A stretch of DNA of 64,000 nucleotides from the NCBI RefSeq assembly GCF_003918875.1, contig NW_025766114.1, positions 1-64,000 of the forward strand. The letters are read 5' to 3'. The position numbers and the translations under genes were made by a program. The notes beneath the pieces were generated by a model. It did not search any database. It was given only the letters and a program-made list of their open reading frames with translations, and was not told the DNA's origin. Origin of the DNA: Haliotis rubra (taxonomy: Eukaryota). Each line of letters starts with the position of its first letter. Positions within the stretch are counted from its first letter, which is position 1. This document shows positions 22,663-35,967 of this stretch, piece after piece.

Positions 22663-23868
22663 ATGTTACGAAATTGTGACCTTTTCATTTCACTCTGTCT
22701 CTGTCGCTTGACCATGGGCTCTGTTTCCTACAAAGAGAAAGATTTCCTGGCCAACCTCACTTGGAACTACGACCCCAAGATCCGCCCGGTGTTAGATGGT
22801 TCCAACACGACAGTGAGTATCAGTATGGGGTTGTACTCACTTTTATCTCTGGATGAGAAACAGGAAGTGCTCAGCTTTAAAGCATGGGTTTCAATGTTGT
22901 GGAAGGACCAGCTATTGGTGTGGAATACGACAGATGACATTCCCTTTGCAGTCACTATGCCCTTGCCGGATGTATGGACTCCAACCGTACTGAATGTTGA
23001 TTCTGTGACGAGTTTGAAGTATCTGAAAGATGAAACAGATACCGTGTTTGTCTATCAGGATGGTACAGTTGCGTATTCCTACGTAGGTAGGTTTGACACA
23101 GGATGTAAGGTGAATATTCAACAGTTTCCTTTCGATCATCAAACATGTACATTTCATTTACAAATATTGTATACCCAAGTAACCAAGGAATATCTTGAGG
23201 TAACATCCACGAATGTCGTTCTGGATGTATACAGGGAAAACGGAGAATTTAACCTTCTCAGTGCATCCATGGTGTTACAGGAGTTCACTACTCTCGGTGT
23301 TACTCAACCCTGGATTGAAGTTACATTCGTCCTAAAGAGACGAACCACCTTCTACATCCTCAACAACATCCTTCCTGTCGTGTTCCTGTCCTTTCTCAAC
23401 TGCTTCGTATTCTGTTTGCCCGGGGAGAGTGGTGAGAAGATGTCATTGTGTGTCTCCATCCTGTTGTCCTATGCCATGTTCCTGACCCTCATCAACTCCT
23501 ACCTACCAGCGAACTCCGATCACCTGTGTTTCTTCAGTGTCTACGTCACCCTGCTTGTGTTGATCAGCACACTCACATGTCTCGTCACAATCTTCATGCT
23601 GGCACTTCACACTTATTTACAAACGGGCAAAGCTTGTCCAAGATGGCTGCCGGTCGCTTGGAGGTCTGATAGCAAAGTTGGAACAAGTGAACCATGGGTT
23701 AAGAAGGAAGACATAGCTCCAAACCAATCTGATGTAAACGGTAAAGCAAACAATAAGTCGGAAATGAAGGACTTGATTATCGCCAAGTGTCACAGAGTGG
23801 CATTTGGAACGTTCTTCACACTGACACTCCTCATTAATCTTATATTTTTCATTTCCGTATCCCCGTGA
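22663..23868 (+). CDS. R3: intronless divergent Cys-loop receptor subunit, subtype C, ~401 aa
   Basis: Signal peptide from ATG 22663, Cys-loop CKVNIQQFPFDHQTC, M2 GEKMSLCVSILLSYAMFL, four TM helices, no vicinal cysteines. Confidence 0.95.
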   Translation: MLRNCDLFISLCLCRLTMGSVSYKEKDFLANLTWNYDPKIRPVLDGSNTTVSISMGLYSLLSLDEKQEVLSFKAWVSMLWKDQLLVWNTTDDIPFAVTMPLPDVWTPTVLNVDSVTSLKYLKDETDTVFVYQDGTVAYSYVGRFDTGCKVNIQQFPFDHQTCTFHLQILYTQVTKEYLEVTSTNVVLDVYRENGEFNLLSASMVLQEFTTLGVTQPWIEVTFVLKRRTTFYILNNILPVVFLSFLNCFVFCLPGESGEKMSLCVSILLSYAMFLTLINSYLPANSDHLCFFSVYVTLLVLISTLTCLVTIFMLALHTYLQTGKACPRWLPVAWRSDSKVGTSEPWVKKEDIAPNQSDVNGKANNKSEMKDLIIAKCHRVAFGTFFTLTLLINLIFFISVSP

Positions 23869-23996
23869 TGGACGGCTGTCAGTGAGTGATTGCCATTGCC
23901 TATTTCACATACAGACAGAGAATCGAGGAGGAATGCTTGATACATCAGAAGATGTGCTTTTGTTCAACATCATTCACTGACATGGCTGAATATGAA

Positions 23997-24355
23997 CTTT
24001 TTCAGCAGCTCTATCCCACTGAAAACTCTACTGCAAGCGAGTGGCAGAAACACCCCTAAACAACAAAACCCAAAAGGTTTTGTCTGCAAGATCAACTGTG
24101 ACTGTGGTGAAGCCTATGTAGGTGAATCGTCCCGCCTCATAAACCTCAGATCATAAATCAGACCGAAAATCAGCTATCTCAGAACACATAATCAACAATC
24201 ACAACATCAAGCGGGACAATGTTGAAATATTATCTAAAAACCTCCAGGAGACCAAGAATGCCTCATTCCATCCGCCTACAATGAACTGATAAAACCAACA
24301 GAACAGAGCACTCAAGCTATCATTGCTAATTAATCCCATCTGATATGTATATCTT
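23997..24355 (+). mobile_element. Penelope-like retroelement fragment (GIY-YIG endonuclease relic)
   Basis: Translates in part to VCKINCDCGEAYVGESSR ... SAISEHII, the Penelope GIY-YIG pattern. Confidence 0.7.
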
Positions 24356-24356
24356 G

Positions 24357-24649
24357 TTCACATGTCTCGTCACAATCTTCATGTTGGTACTTCACACAAA
24401 CCTTCAAAGGGGTAAGGTTAGTCCAAGATGGGTGCTTGTTGCTTGGGGAGAACACAGCAAAGTTAGAACACCTGAACCACGTGTTAGAACTGATGACGTC
24501 TCTTCCAACCAATCCGATGTAAAAGACTCAGCAAACAAGTCTGACATGAAGGATGCAATAATCACCAAGTCAACAGAGTGGCATTTGGAACGTTCTTCAC
24601 ACTCACAGTACTCATTAATCTTACATTTTTCATTTCCGTATGCCAATGA
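24357..24649 (+). pseudogene. 3' fragment (end of M3 to M4) of a B-type receptor, copied from R2 with its downstream flank
   Basis: Near-identical to 17380..17673, with a 1-bp deletion before M4. The flank continues to match 17674..18787 up to 25552. Confidence 0.9.
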
Positions 24650-25555
24650 AGGTCGACTGTCAGTGACGGACTGTCATTGCTTATTTCACATACAGACAGA
24701 GCCAAACGAAGATGAATGCTTGATACATCAGTAGATATGCTTTTGATAAACATCATTTACTTACACGAATGAATATGACGTGTGTGGGCCAAAAGTATGT
24801 GACTTATTGCCAATCGAAGAAGAATACATTGGATTAGCCAGTAGGTATATATGTGTCATGTGTTGTGTGTGCTTTGAAACTTTGCTTTCATTGGGGAGTT
24901 TGTGAATTGTGTGTGTCAAACTTATGTTATGAGGATGTGTTCTTGTTAATTGTGAGTTCACATTAATTAACTTTTAGCTATTATGGGTCACAAAAGTTTA
25001 AAGCGCTGAAGTGTGAATTTGAACTCACACCTTCTATTGAACCAGAGACCATATAATAGATAGTATATGGTCTCTGATTGAACTTAGGCTATGTGTTTTC
25101 ACTTACTCTATGTGTTAAGAGTAGGTACCTCCCTTTGATTTTTGTTTCCGGTGTCTTCGGTGGGGTCAACAAACTTCAATCAGTATATCTACAAGGATCA
25201 AGACTTTGGTGACTATAGATTTTTAGTTAATATTTTAGATTTGTGACCCAATCATATTGTATTAGCAATCTGTACTGCCATTCATTGTAACCGTGTTTAG
25301 TTTTTATTCAATATATAGTTGAATATTATATGATGTGTGTTTTATTTTGCTGCTTTTAAGGGGACTCACAAGCCTTTAATCACAGTAATTACCAAAGAAT
25401 CATACATTTGTTTAGACATTGGGGTGTGTGTGAATGTTGTATGTCAAACGGATGGAATAAATTTAGTGTTAACGATTGCTATTGCATGCTATTGCAGTCC
25501 CATTTCCTATTGTACTGTACAATAATCTCCTCACACATCTGTCTCTCTATCCGTA

Positions 25556-26518
25556 TGGAAGGACCAGCTTTTGGTGTGGAACACAACGAATGACATTCCC
25601 GTTGTTGTAACTATGCCCTTGGCGGATGTATGGTCTCTAACCGTAATAACTGTTGATTCTGTGACGAATATGAGGTACCTAAAAGATGAAACGGACATGG
25701 TGCTTATCTATCAGGATGGTACAGTTACATATACCTACATAGGTAGGTTTGACACAGGATGCAAGGTCAATATCCAACAGTTTCCTTTCGATCGTCAGAC
25801 ATGTAATCTTCACTTTGACACATTTTATGCTCCTGCAAGTAAGGAATATCTGAACGTAGTCGACTCGTATGTAAATCTGGAAACATATCAGGAAAACGGA
25901 GAATTTCACCTTCTCGGTGCATCAATCACACGGCAGAAATACACCCTTCTCAATGAATCTCATAACTGGATAGAAGTGACCCTTGTCCTGCAGAGACGAA
26001 CCACCTTCTACATCCTCAACAACATCCTTCCTGTCGTGTTCCTGTCCTTTCTTAACATCTTCGTTTTTCTGTTGCCCGAGGAGAGTGGTGAGAAGGTGTC
26101 TCTGTGTGTCTCCATCCTGTTGTCATATGCCATGTTCCTGACCCTCATCAACTCCTACCTACCAGCTAACTCCGATCACCTGTGTTTCTTCAGTGTCTAC
26201 GTCACCCTGCTTGTGTTGATCAGCACACTCACATGTCTCGTCACAATCTTCATGCAAATTCTTCACACAAATATTCAAAGGGTCAAGGCCAGACCAAGAT
26301 GGCTTCCAAACGCATGGAGATCAGAAAACAAAGTTGGAACAACCAAACTACAGACTGATGATGTCTCTCCAAACAAATCGGACGTGAAAGACAAAGCAAA
26401 TAAGAAGTCAGAAATGAAGGATGCTATAATCACCAAGTACAACAGAGTGGCATTTGGAACGTTCTTCACACTCACAGCTCTCATTAACCTTATTTATTTC
26501 ATTAGCGTATCTCAATGA
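25556..26518 (+). pseudogene. R4: 5'-truncated Cys-loop receptor, subtype A-like, otherwise open frame
   Basis: Starts abruptly at WKDQLLVWN, fused to the duplicated R2 flank. It lacks the signal peptide and ~60 residues of the extracellular domain; the Cys-loop and four TM helices are intact. Confidence 0.88.
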
Positions 26519-27125
26519 TGGACAACTTATTGCTGACATTGGATGTTTTTTTCATCTTTGCCGTTGACTTTGATTGGTCAGTATTACATGTTTTTCTTGC
26601 ATCTACTATGTGTTTTGACGCATCAGTGACAATTGCAATGTGTGAAGAAATCTTCACTCACAGCTCATATCTGTATTTCTGAACTATATTTTTACATAAG
26701 CAATACCTTGTTCCGAAAACATCATTTGTAACATCTGACGTATGTCGCTAGTATGGTGATCTACCTTCAGTTGTTGGCAATCTATAGCCTGTTTTTATAT
26801 TGTAATATGGCTGAAATATTGCCGAGGTGACGTTCAATTTTAACTCACTCACTCACTCATTTCATATTGTATTGTTCTCTTTAAAAAAATACTCGTTTTA
26901 TGACAACATGCTAATTTTACTTTAATATCTATGATACACTGGTTTTACTGTTCTTCGTCAACAGGCTTATAATTTCTAATTTTCTTGTTCTATAATACAA
27001 TAATTAATTCTTCTCGTCATGATATGTCTGAAATGTTGCCGATGTGACGATAAATATTAACTCACTCACTCACTCTGACGTATGTTACATCATCTGCTAA
27101 CTTGACAGGGCCTTATGTATTTCAT

Positions 27126-27566
27126 TAGCGCCTGGCTAGTGATCCAGCGAGCATGGAGGTGCCGGGATCGAGCCCACTCTTTCAGTGTTGTCACAACCCC
27201 TAGTGTACAGTACACAACCCTGTGCACCTAAAAGAACCCACGAATCCGTTGGTAAATGACGAGATGGTGGCTACATGAATACGTGCAAACACCTAGTTGT
27301 GGGTACAGCAACATGCTGTAAAACTTATACTATGTGTCCAAGTCCACCCAGCTGTGAATGGATACCTCGTAAGGATGGGAAAGCCACATTAACTTGGTGC
27401 GCTTTGAGGCTTCACGAGTTGTATGATCCCCAGGGAGTTGAGATTGAAATACGATGTGCCGTTGAGATTGACATCCAATGATCGAGGGATAAAACAAAGT
27501 GCTTTGAGCATACATGTAGATGGGATGGACTATAGCGCTATATAAATACCCATATAGTAATAATAG
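27126..27566 (+). mobile_element. SINE-like element with L2/CR1-type tail
   Basis: B-box-like cgggatcgagccc and 3' end gcgctatataaata followed by a short tag/taa repeat tail. Confidence 0.5.
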
Positions 27567-28487
27567 TGTATCCCTATGACGACTTTACAGATTTCTGTCA
27601 CTGCTTAATTTACATGGAATGCATTTGATTGGTCAGTTGATTTGTTTAGCGACATGTTGAATGTTTTGACGCATCAGTGACAGTTATGATGTTTGATGCA
27701 AATCCACATCTTCACTCACAGCACATGTTCCAGTGCTTTTTCAGATGAACATTTGACTTGCCTTTGTTGTTTTACTTGATAATGAAAAGGCATTTGTCAT
27801 TTGTATTCATGTTTCCTTACCTCACTTTGTTAGGTGACAACTTTATCTCTTCTTGTGAACTACTAGTATTTTTGACATGCTTTCTTTACATTGTCCCAGA
27901 AGAAAACTTATGATTTGTAATATTTGACGAATGTCATACATGTTGACGTATGTGACAGATGTTACCTATTTTTTATCTTGACCGTGCGATTACAGTGATA
28001 CTACATGTGGACTTTCTGATGTATGTATGGTACAAGGGATCTACCACTTATATAAGTGTTAGAAATACTGCCGCTATTGGTCTGTTGTTGGTATATAGTT
28101 AATAGAACTACCGGCTTGGGAAAGCCCACATTGTCAGGAGAGTTATATCATTATCATCGTCAAAGTTAATACTGAATTCAAAACTGAAATGAACGCAAGA
28201 GTCAGGGGAAAATGCAATCTCAACTATTTCAATATGTTCATGATTATTATTTTTTTAGAGATATCTACATTGGCATTTCTATTTGGCTATCTCAAGCATG
28301 TCCTGCTTGACTGTATTGATTTTTCCATCACAAGGGACAAGTATTTCAAAGTAAAAACGATGAAGGATCTCTTTAATAATAATGTACATGTTCATTTAAG
28401 TATTGAGTTTTTAAAAGAAATAGAATTACTTGATAAATTTTTATCGTTATTAGCATATGAATTTTAATTTGTGAGAATGGATAAATA

Positions 28488-30033
28488 AACTAGTGTCCAA
28501 AAGAAACGATACCACGTGTTGCAAAGATCACTAAATTAAAACAAAACAACATAGACATTTCAAATTGATATCTTTCATTAGATAAATGATTTTATGGCAT
28601 GTGTACAAAAAGTCATGGCAATCAAAGATTTACAATCATTAACACAGGGCTTTAAACGACGTGTGGTGCCAAAAATTGAAATTTCATTTTAGCACAGTGG
28701 AGGAGGCGAGTGAGGGTAGTCTCTGAAAACAGTCTTACTGCCACTTTTGTACCGGGTATGTCCACCAGCAGCTGCGATACATGCCATGACACGCCACCGA
28801 GCTGATGACGTCAAACGTCGGATGACGTTAGGGGTGATTCGCTGCCACTCATCCTGGAGACAATGTTCCAATTGTTGCAGGTTGGCTGGGGGCGCAGGGC
28901 GTTTTCTGATTTTCCGATTGAGGTGATCCCATATGTGCTCAATGGGATTCACATTCGGTGAACTCGCTGGCCATAGCAAAACCTGTAAGTTGGCGTTGGC
29001 AAGGAAGTTCTGGGTCAATCTTGCCGTATGAGGCCTAACGTTATCGTGCTGGAACACGATTCCTCCTGGATGCTGTTGGGCGAATGGCTGCACGACTGGT
29101 CGTAAAACCTCATCATGGTAACGCTGTGCATTCAAGTTCCCCCGAATAATGACGAGCCTCCTTTTCACATCACCGCAGATATCTCCCCACACCATTACAC
29201 CTCCGCCTTCAAATGCATGGACTTGCTGGATGCAGTTCGGCGCCAAACGTTCACGAACTCTTCGGTATACTCGCTGCCGACCATCGTTCTTGTAAAGGCA
29301 AAACCGGCTTCCGTCCGAAAACAAGACACGTGCCCAGTTTCGACGTTGCCACAGCCGAACGCGCCTGGCCCATATTAATCGGTTGACTCTGTTTTGACGT
29401 GTCAGGTAGACTACGCGGTAGGGGCGACGTGCACGGATACCATATGCCTGCAGTCTCCTGTAGACGGTTTGTCGACTGATCCGGTGTCCCAGTCCCGTCG
29501 CCGCCGTTAACGTCGCAGGAACGAAGCGGTTACGTAGGTGAAGTAACCGGATGTGGTTGTCTTGAATAGGCGTGGTCACCCGGGGTCTCCCGCTTCTCGG
29601 CCTGTCTGTTGTTTGGCCTGTTTGACGCAACCGTCGCATTAACCTGGTAACGGTTATGCGCGCGCATCCAAACGTTCTTGCTACAGCGCCGTGTGATGCT
29701 CCTCCCTGTCGGACCATTCCAACGGCTCTTTCTCTCTCGATCGCTGTCAACGTGCCATTTCTTTTGTGTGCTTTTTACTGCTGTGGGCACAACGCGTCGG
29801 ACCAGCAGTTTTATACAGTTCATCTGCTCGTGCATTTTGTGCTACACGACTTAACGTCATTTTGAGTATTCGTGCGATTGCTTCTTAAGTGAATACATGT
29901 TACCGGTTTTTTCGATCGAATACGTTTGGTTAGGAACGTGGGATACACAGAAATATTTTTTTTCTCCAAAAAGTATCATTAATTTAAAAATATTGAAAAA
30001 AATATTTGGTATCGTTTCTTTTGGACATGAGTT
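28488..30033 (-). mobile_element. Tc1/mariner transposon with nearly intact transposase
   Basis: TIRs aact(ag/ca)tgtccaaaagaaacgatacca. A 353-aa ORF carries HTH, FSDGSRF, FQHDNV, SPNVNPIEHIW and GGHTRY. The ATG at 29758 is out of frame by 1 nt. The element is absent at the paralogous site (~7750). Confidence 0.95.
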
Positions 30034-30275
30034 TGATTTGGATTGTTAGTGGCTGTACCTTCAAAGGGGGTTGAAGTAGCATAAAATTATTGTCCCCCGG
30101 AGAGGGTATGTAAGTCCATTCACAGTATTTTTCATTGTCCGTGATTTTAATCGAAGTATATATGTATTTTTTAATGCATGGTTAAATTGTGCAAACAACA
30201 TATGAAGGAATGATGTAAATCCAGCTCGGGTCCATGTAGGTAGCAAAGGTACTTAAGTTCCCAATCGTCCCTAGT

Positions 30276-30710
30276 TAATGGTGGTCCGATTAATTGAAAT
30301 AATCGAAGATTGGTCGCAATGACAAAACGACCAAGCAATCGATCATGTTTTCTCATAATCGAACACAAACAATTTTGGACCACTTGTTTGCAATAATAAT
30401 ATTTTTCAAAAAAATGATTTTGTCTCGACATTGCATAAGCACTACAAGCTCGTAGTTTATCTTAACAACTCCAGGAAATGTATGTTCCTAACACACTAGT
30501 CATCCTTTAAAGATGTGAAATTTGCAAATGCATTTTGTGCAATTTGCGAAAAAAACACGAGAGAACTGCATGTTTTTTCTTTATTTTTTGTGCATTAACA
30601 AACATAACCAGGAAAATTTGATATATGACGCTAAGCAATTATTTTCGATGATTGATCGGTTGTAATGAACCAATCATCAATTATGAGATTAACACCAATT
30701 CCCAACACTA
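30276..30710. mobile_element. Non-autonomous hAT-like element with 8-bp TSD
   Basis: TSD tccctagt on both sides; imperfect termini taatggtgg.../...ccaacacta. Absent at the paralogous site (~7990). Confidence 0.8.
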
Positions 30711-31263
30711 TCCCTAGTATGGTGATCTACCTTCAGTTGTTGGTGATCTATAGCCCGGTTTTTATATTGTATTGTCCTGTATTGTAATACATGTTTTTAT
30801 GCTTACATACTAGTTTTTACTTTCTATCTGTGATAGCCTAGTTGTTTTACTGTCCTTTATTGACAAATTTTACAAAATAACTTCTCTTTATTAATACAAT
30901 ATATATTGTTATAGTCACGATGTGGCTGCAATATTGTCAATGTGACTCAAAATCGTAACTCACTCACTCACTATTTGGCTATGTGTGTTTGAATAACTGA
31001 ACAACTGACAACTACAGCATGCTGCTCTTCAGCATCTGAACATCGTGTGAAAATAGTAAGCACTGTTGCAACTCCAGATACGCTTTTCTAAAGGAATGGA
31101 ACGCATTTGAATTGCCTGCGTGGAACTCTAACGCAAGAAGTCAACTTCTGGTGTCCGCCAGTAGTGTTCAGCCTGTAAATTACCCAAATCATCAGTGTGA
31201 AATTCAATCTTCTCACTTACAATGCATGATACTGGTAATAAACGTGACAAATGGAGGACATGT

Positions 31264-32560
31264 TGGTTATTGTTTACGTGTTATAATTAAGTAATATAAT
31301 ACAGTGATAGTTAGCAAGTTAGGCATATATTCTAGCCTGCAGTCTGTGAAATATGGAAAAAAACAGTGTGAAAAGGTACACACCATCATTTTAACAGCAT
31401 ACACAATTGACAGAGTTGATTACAGTATGCAACACCATATCGTCTTTAAGCATCTAGCATTAACGGTAGTTCCCCAACTCCTTATAGACAAGTTGTCCAG
31501 ATTCACGACCATGAATGTACATACATCATGCTCAGCTGTTAGACTGACTGACTGAGTTTGGTTTTACGCCGCTTTTAGCAATATTCCAGCAACATCACGG
31601 CGGGGACACTAGAAATGGGCTTTACACATTGTACCCATGTGGGTATTCGAACCTGGGTCTTCGGCGTGACGAGCCAACGCTTTAACCACTGGGCTACCCC
31701 ACCGCCCCGTTTATACTATAAGTATTATCGGTTATATTTAGATAACGGAAAACCCACCAGACTAAAACACTGTTTTTATTCTGCCATATTGAAGAAAGGC
31801 TTAATGTTAAGTAGTTTCGTAAGGTTTAAATGTTAAGTAGTTTCGTAAGGTTTAAATGTTAAGTAGTTTCGTAAGGTTTAAATGTTTAGTAGTTTCGTAA
31901 GGTTTTTTGTTTACGTGGTTATTGTTTACGTGTTATAATTAAGTAATATAATACAGTGATAGTTAGCAAGTTAGGCATATATTCTAGCCTGCAGTCTGTG
32001 AAATATGGAAAAAAACAGTGTGAAAAGGTACACACCATCATTTTAACAGCATACACAATTGACAGAGTTGATTACAGTATGCAACACCATATCGTCTTTA
32101 AGCATCTAGCATTAACGGTAGTTCCCCAACTCCTTATAGACAAGTTGTCCAGATTCACGACCATGAATGTACATACATCATGCTCAGCTGTTAGACTGAC
32201 TGACTGAGTTTGGTTTTACGCCGCTTTTAGCAATATTCCAGCAACATCACGGCGGGGACACTAGAAATGGGCTTCACACATTGTACCCATGTGGGTATTC
32301 GAACCTGGGTCTTCGGCGTGACGAGCCAACGCTTTAACCACTGGGCTACCCCACCGCCCCGTTTATACTATAAGTATTATCGGTTATATTTAGATAACGG
32401 AAAACCCACCAGACTAAAACACTGTTTTTATTCTGCCATATTGAAGAAAGGTTAATGTTAAGTAGTTTCGTAAGGTTTAAATGTTAAGTAGTTTCGTAAG
32501 GTTTAAATGTTAAGTAGTTTCGTAAGGTTTAAATGTTTAGTAGTTTCGTAAGGTTTAAAT
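31264..32560 (+). repeat. Near-perfect 652-bp tandem duplication, each unit containing a minus-strand tRNA SINE and a 26-bp minisatellite
   Basis: Identical ORFs at 31304 and 31956 (offset 652). The 26-bp unit aatgttaagtagtttcgtaaggttta occurs ~4 times at 31803 and ~5 times at 32454. Confidence 0.93.
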
Positions 32561-35500
32561 GTTTAGTAGTTTCGTAAGGTTTAAATGTTAAGTAGTTCTC
32601 AACAACAATGCCAACCTTCATTATTTTAATGATGGTGTTACACAGCACACAAAAGTCAATATTCAAAGCTTCATCAAATATTTTCCAAATATCAATTAGG
32701 ACCAGCCGGGAAGGTTCCTCTTATTCATAGACGTGTTACAACTGTCAGATTCCACATTATGAGTGCCAGTAGTTTCATAACATTCGTGACGCGTCAGTGA
32801 CAACTGTAATGCGTGAAGAAATCTTTACTCACAGCACATGTTCCCGTGCGTTTCCGGTAAACAATTGATTTTCCTTTGGGTTTTACTCAATAAAAGAAAG
32901 GGATTTGTTATTTCCATACATCCACCCGAAACTCACTTTGTTGAGTAACTGTTGTATACATATTTTTGTGAACTATGTTTTAAAAAAAGCAATACCTTGT
33001 TCCGAAATTTCATTTGTAACATCTGACGTATATGACAGATGTAACATCATATGTTAACTTGATCGGGCGATTACGGTAAAGAATACTACATTCGGATAAG
33101 GATTACTGTCATCCTACATTCATCTGGGAATAACTCACTGTAATACATTTTTCAATATGACTGATCAGGATGGAGCCAACATGCATTTACGAAATTCCAT
33201 TTGAATATTGTTCAGTCTGTTCATAATTTTGTTTAACCAATCAGTCGTTTTGGGTTTTCATGTGCGTGTTTGTTACTCAGTTCTTAATATGACTAATTTA
33301 GTTAACTCGGCTAATCCGTGATCATGTTGTGTGTTCACATTACTTGGGTTGAAGTTGGGAAAGACCGACATCCTGCAAACAGACAAAAGAGAGTTAAACA
33401 TCAACTGTAATACCCATAAGTATGCATTTAATCGTGTAATATATATGTAATAAGTAATTTTACAACAGTCTAATAGTGCTGAATATCCGCATTTAGAGGA
33501 ATCTGCTAACACTTCTAATCCACTTATCTGTCTGTGTGGACACTGCCTCACACTATCTGTGTTACATGCTCTTGTAGTGAGCCTTTGGTTGCCATAAGGA
33601 CATCATTTATTTCTCCCAAATAATATTACAGATATATCACATTAAACTAAATAGAAACAGATCAAGCTAACTTTACAACCAGGTAAAGTATTAACTGAAA
33701 TATAATATTGAAATCTTTGAGCATGTAAAGACAATCTAATTGCATACTTCAAGGCACATTTAGATAACATGCAGTGGGAGTTCATGAGTTAGAGTGAGTG
33801 AGTGAGTTAAAATTTATAGTCACATCGGCAATATTTCAGCTCATGAGTTAGATGAACAGGACATATGACAACATGATAAGCACAATAAAATACCAAGGAA
33901 ACACATATATGGCAATTGAGAAATATATATCTCATGTTATATGGGGTTACACTTTACCAGGAAACTACAGATTCTATTACTTCTTTTGGTTTGAGTTCCT
34001 TCCGGGATTCGAGCCCACACGCTCGGAGCAAGGCACGTCGATAGCAGTCTAACCCACTAAGCCACGGCGGTTTCCATCAAATGGAAGTCAGACAACTGGT
34101 ATTCGTCTTCTTTTGTGTCCTTCTGACAAGTGTAAATTATCACAGCTCCCAAGGCGGAAGTGTTGAAGACACAATGTCTTTTAGAAAGTAGTCAAATGGA
34201 ACACGTGTTATATTTGTGGTAACACTTTCTTAGTAAAGTACAGATTGTTGTACCTTTGTGGATGAACAGAATTGTTGTTTGGCATAATGAAAATATGAAT
34301 CAATTCTTGACTTTTCGTAAAACAAATCCGAAGAGCACGCCAGTCTAACAGAAGAAACAATGTTAGGAATAATGACGAAAATCTAATTTAGGTTCTTAAA
34401 TGGATTGCATTGAGACTGATCAGTATTCTGCTGGGAAGTATCTGCAGACATAACAACCCCAGAGAAACAGTCAACCTTATCGGGCAGAGCTCATCATCAT
34501 TATCATCCAAAGGAGCGGTCATTACACCTTTGTTATTCCTGAACCAATTCATTTTAGCCATTTTACCTCTTGACTTGTGCTCATTATTTATATTTTGAGG
34601 TCGAGGTACCGCTGATTGAGTACCTGTACTCTTCTTATCATATGTGTCGAGTCCTCTTCAACAACAGTCAGGTCCAAACGCACCACGTGCTGTGGAGACG
34701 GAAAAAGACATCAAAATAACATACAACGCACAAAATGGGTGTTACAAAATGTTATAAAAGAATGCTTACTATCTTCAAAAATAGAATCTAGGTCTTCAGC
34801 GTGACGAGGGAACGCTTCAACCACTGGGTTACCCCCTGCCGCCTAATGCATTTGGAGGAAATGATGGTGTACCTTTTGGTGACAATACATTTATATCTAA
34901 CTGGTGAATTGCATTCGTAGACACAAGTTGCAAAGCTTAATCAGTAACATTAGTTAACTATGAAAACTTTAATTATACTAAACCTTTCACAAGGAAAACT
35001 GTAAAACACTACCAACAAAACAACACCTTGTAATATATTGTTTTCAGCATTTTATCCTTTTCATATATTTCTTACAAAACAATATAGTGAGCAAGTTTAA
35101 GCATTTATCGCCACTTTTAACAGTATTCCAATTATACCACCGCGTTTCAGCTGAATATGGGAGGGGAAAACAATAGATTCATGTCTCAGACCTTTACTCT
35201 TTCCGTTAAACCAAGCATCGATGTTCCACCTATGAAATATCTAGAAAACATACATGCAACGAGTCAACAATCACAGATTTCTGATGTACCTAATGATCGC
35301 AGCTATGCAAAGAGAAAATTGGTGCGGAAGACGTCTGGGCAGCCCAAGCTGTAACATGAAACAACATATCACCCTATGACCAAGTGACAACAATAAGCAC
35401 TTTTTCTGCCAGTACAATTAAACTTTGATGGTATTTGCCGAATAACTCTGCTACACAATCAGTGATTAAAACACTGATGGCAGCTGATCGTGTTAATAAC

Positions 35501-35967
35501 ATTTAGGGTGTGTTCTAATTTCTGCATTTCCCATTAGTCATGATTCCTGGAAATGGTTTTGTACAGGTTAAATTAACATGAGTACCCAACGCCATTGCCA
35601 GCTTTCATCAATGCTACTGTAAATGACAATGGTGACGTAACATACCCTCAAATCAATATTCAAAGCATTGGGAGATGGGATTCATAATGACAGGAACACT
35701 TAGCAGTATGTTTTTATTCAAGTGTAACATAAACAAGGACAAAAGATCGATACAGGCGTAATGTAAGAGCGCGACATCAAATTGACCAAGCTTTTCAGTT
35801 GCTGATTGCGTAAGCACTACCGATAATGTCTAAAAGGTTTCTCCTGGCCACGAACATTTTTACCAATCCATGAATCATTTCGAAAATCCAGTCTCCGCGT
35901 GTGGCTGAATTCACTGGGGTTGTGCTGTTTATCCTTCATCATTAGTAACGCTGACACACGTTTGAAA

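Noticed and set aside
31803-32597. 26-bp repeats as a CRISPR array
   Set aside because: Units are head-to-tail with no spacers, no cas genes are present, and the context is eukaryotic.
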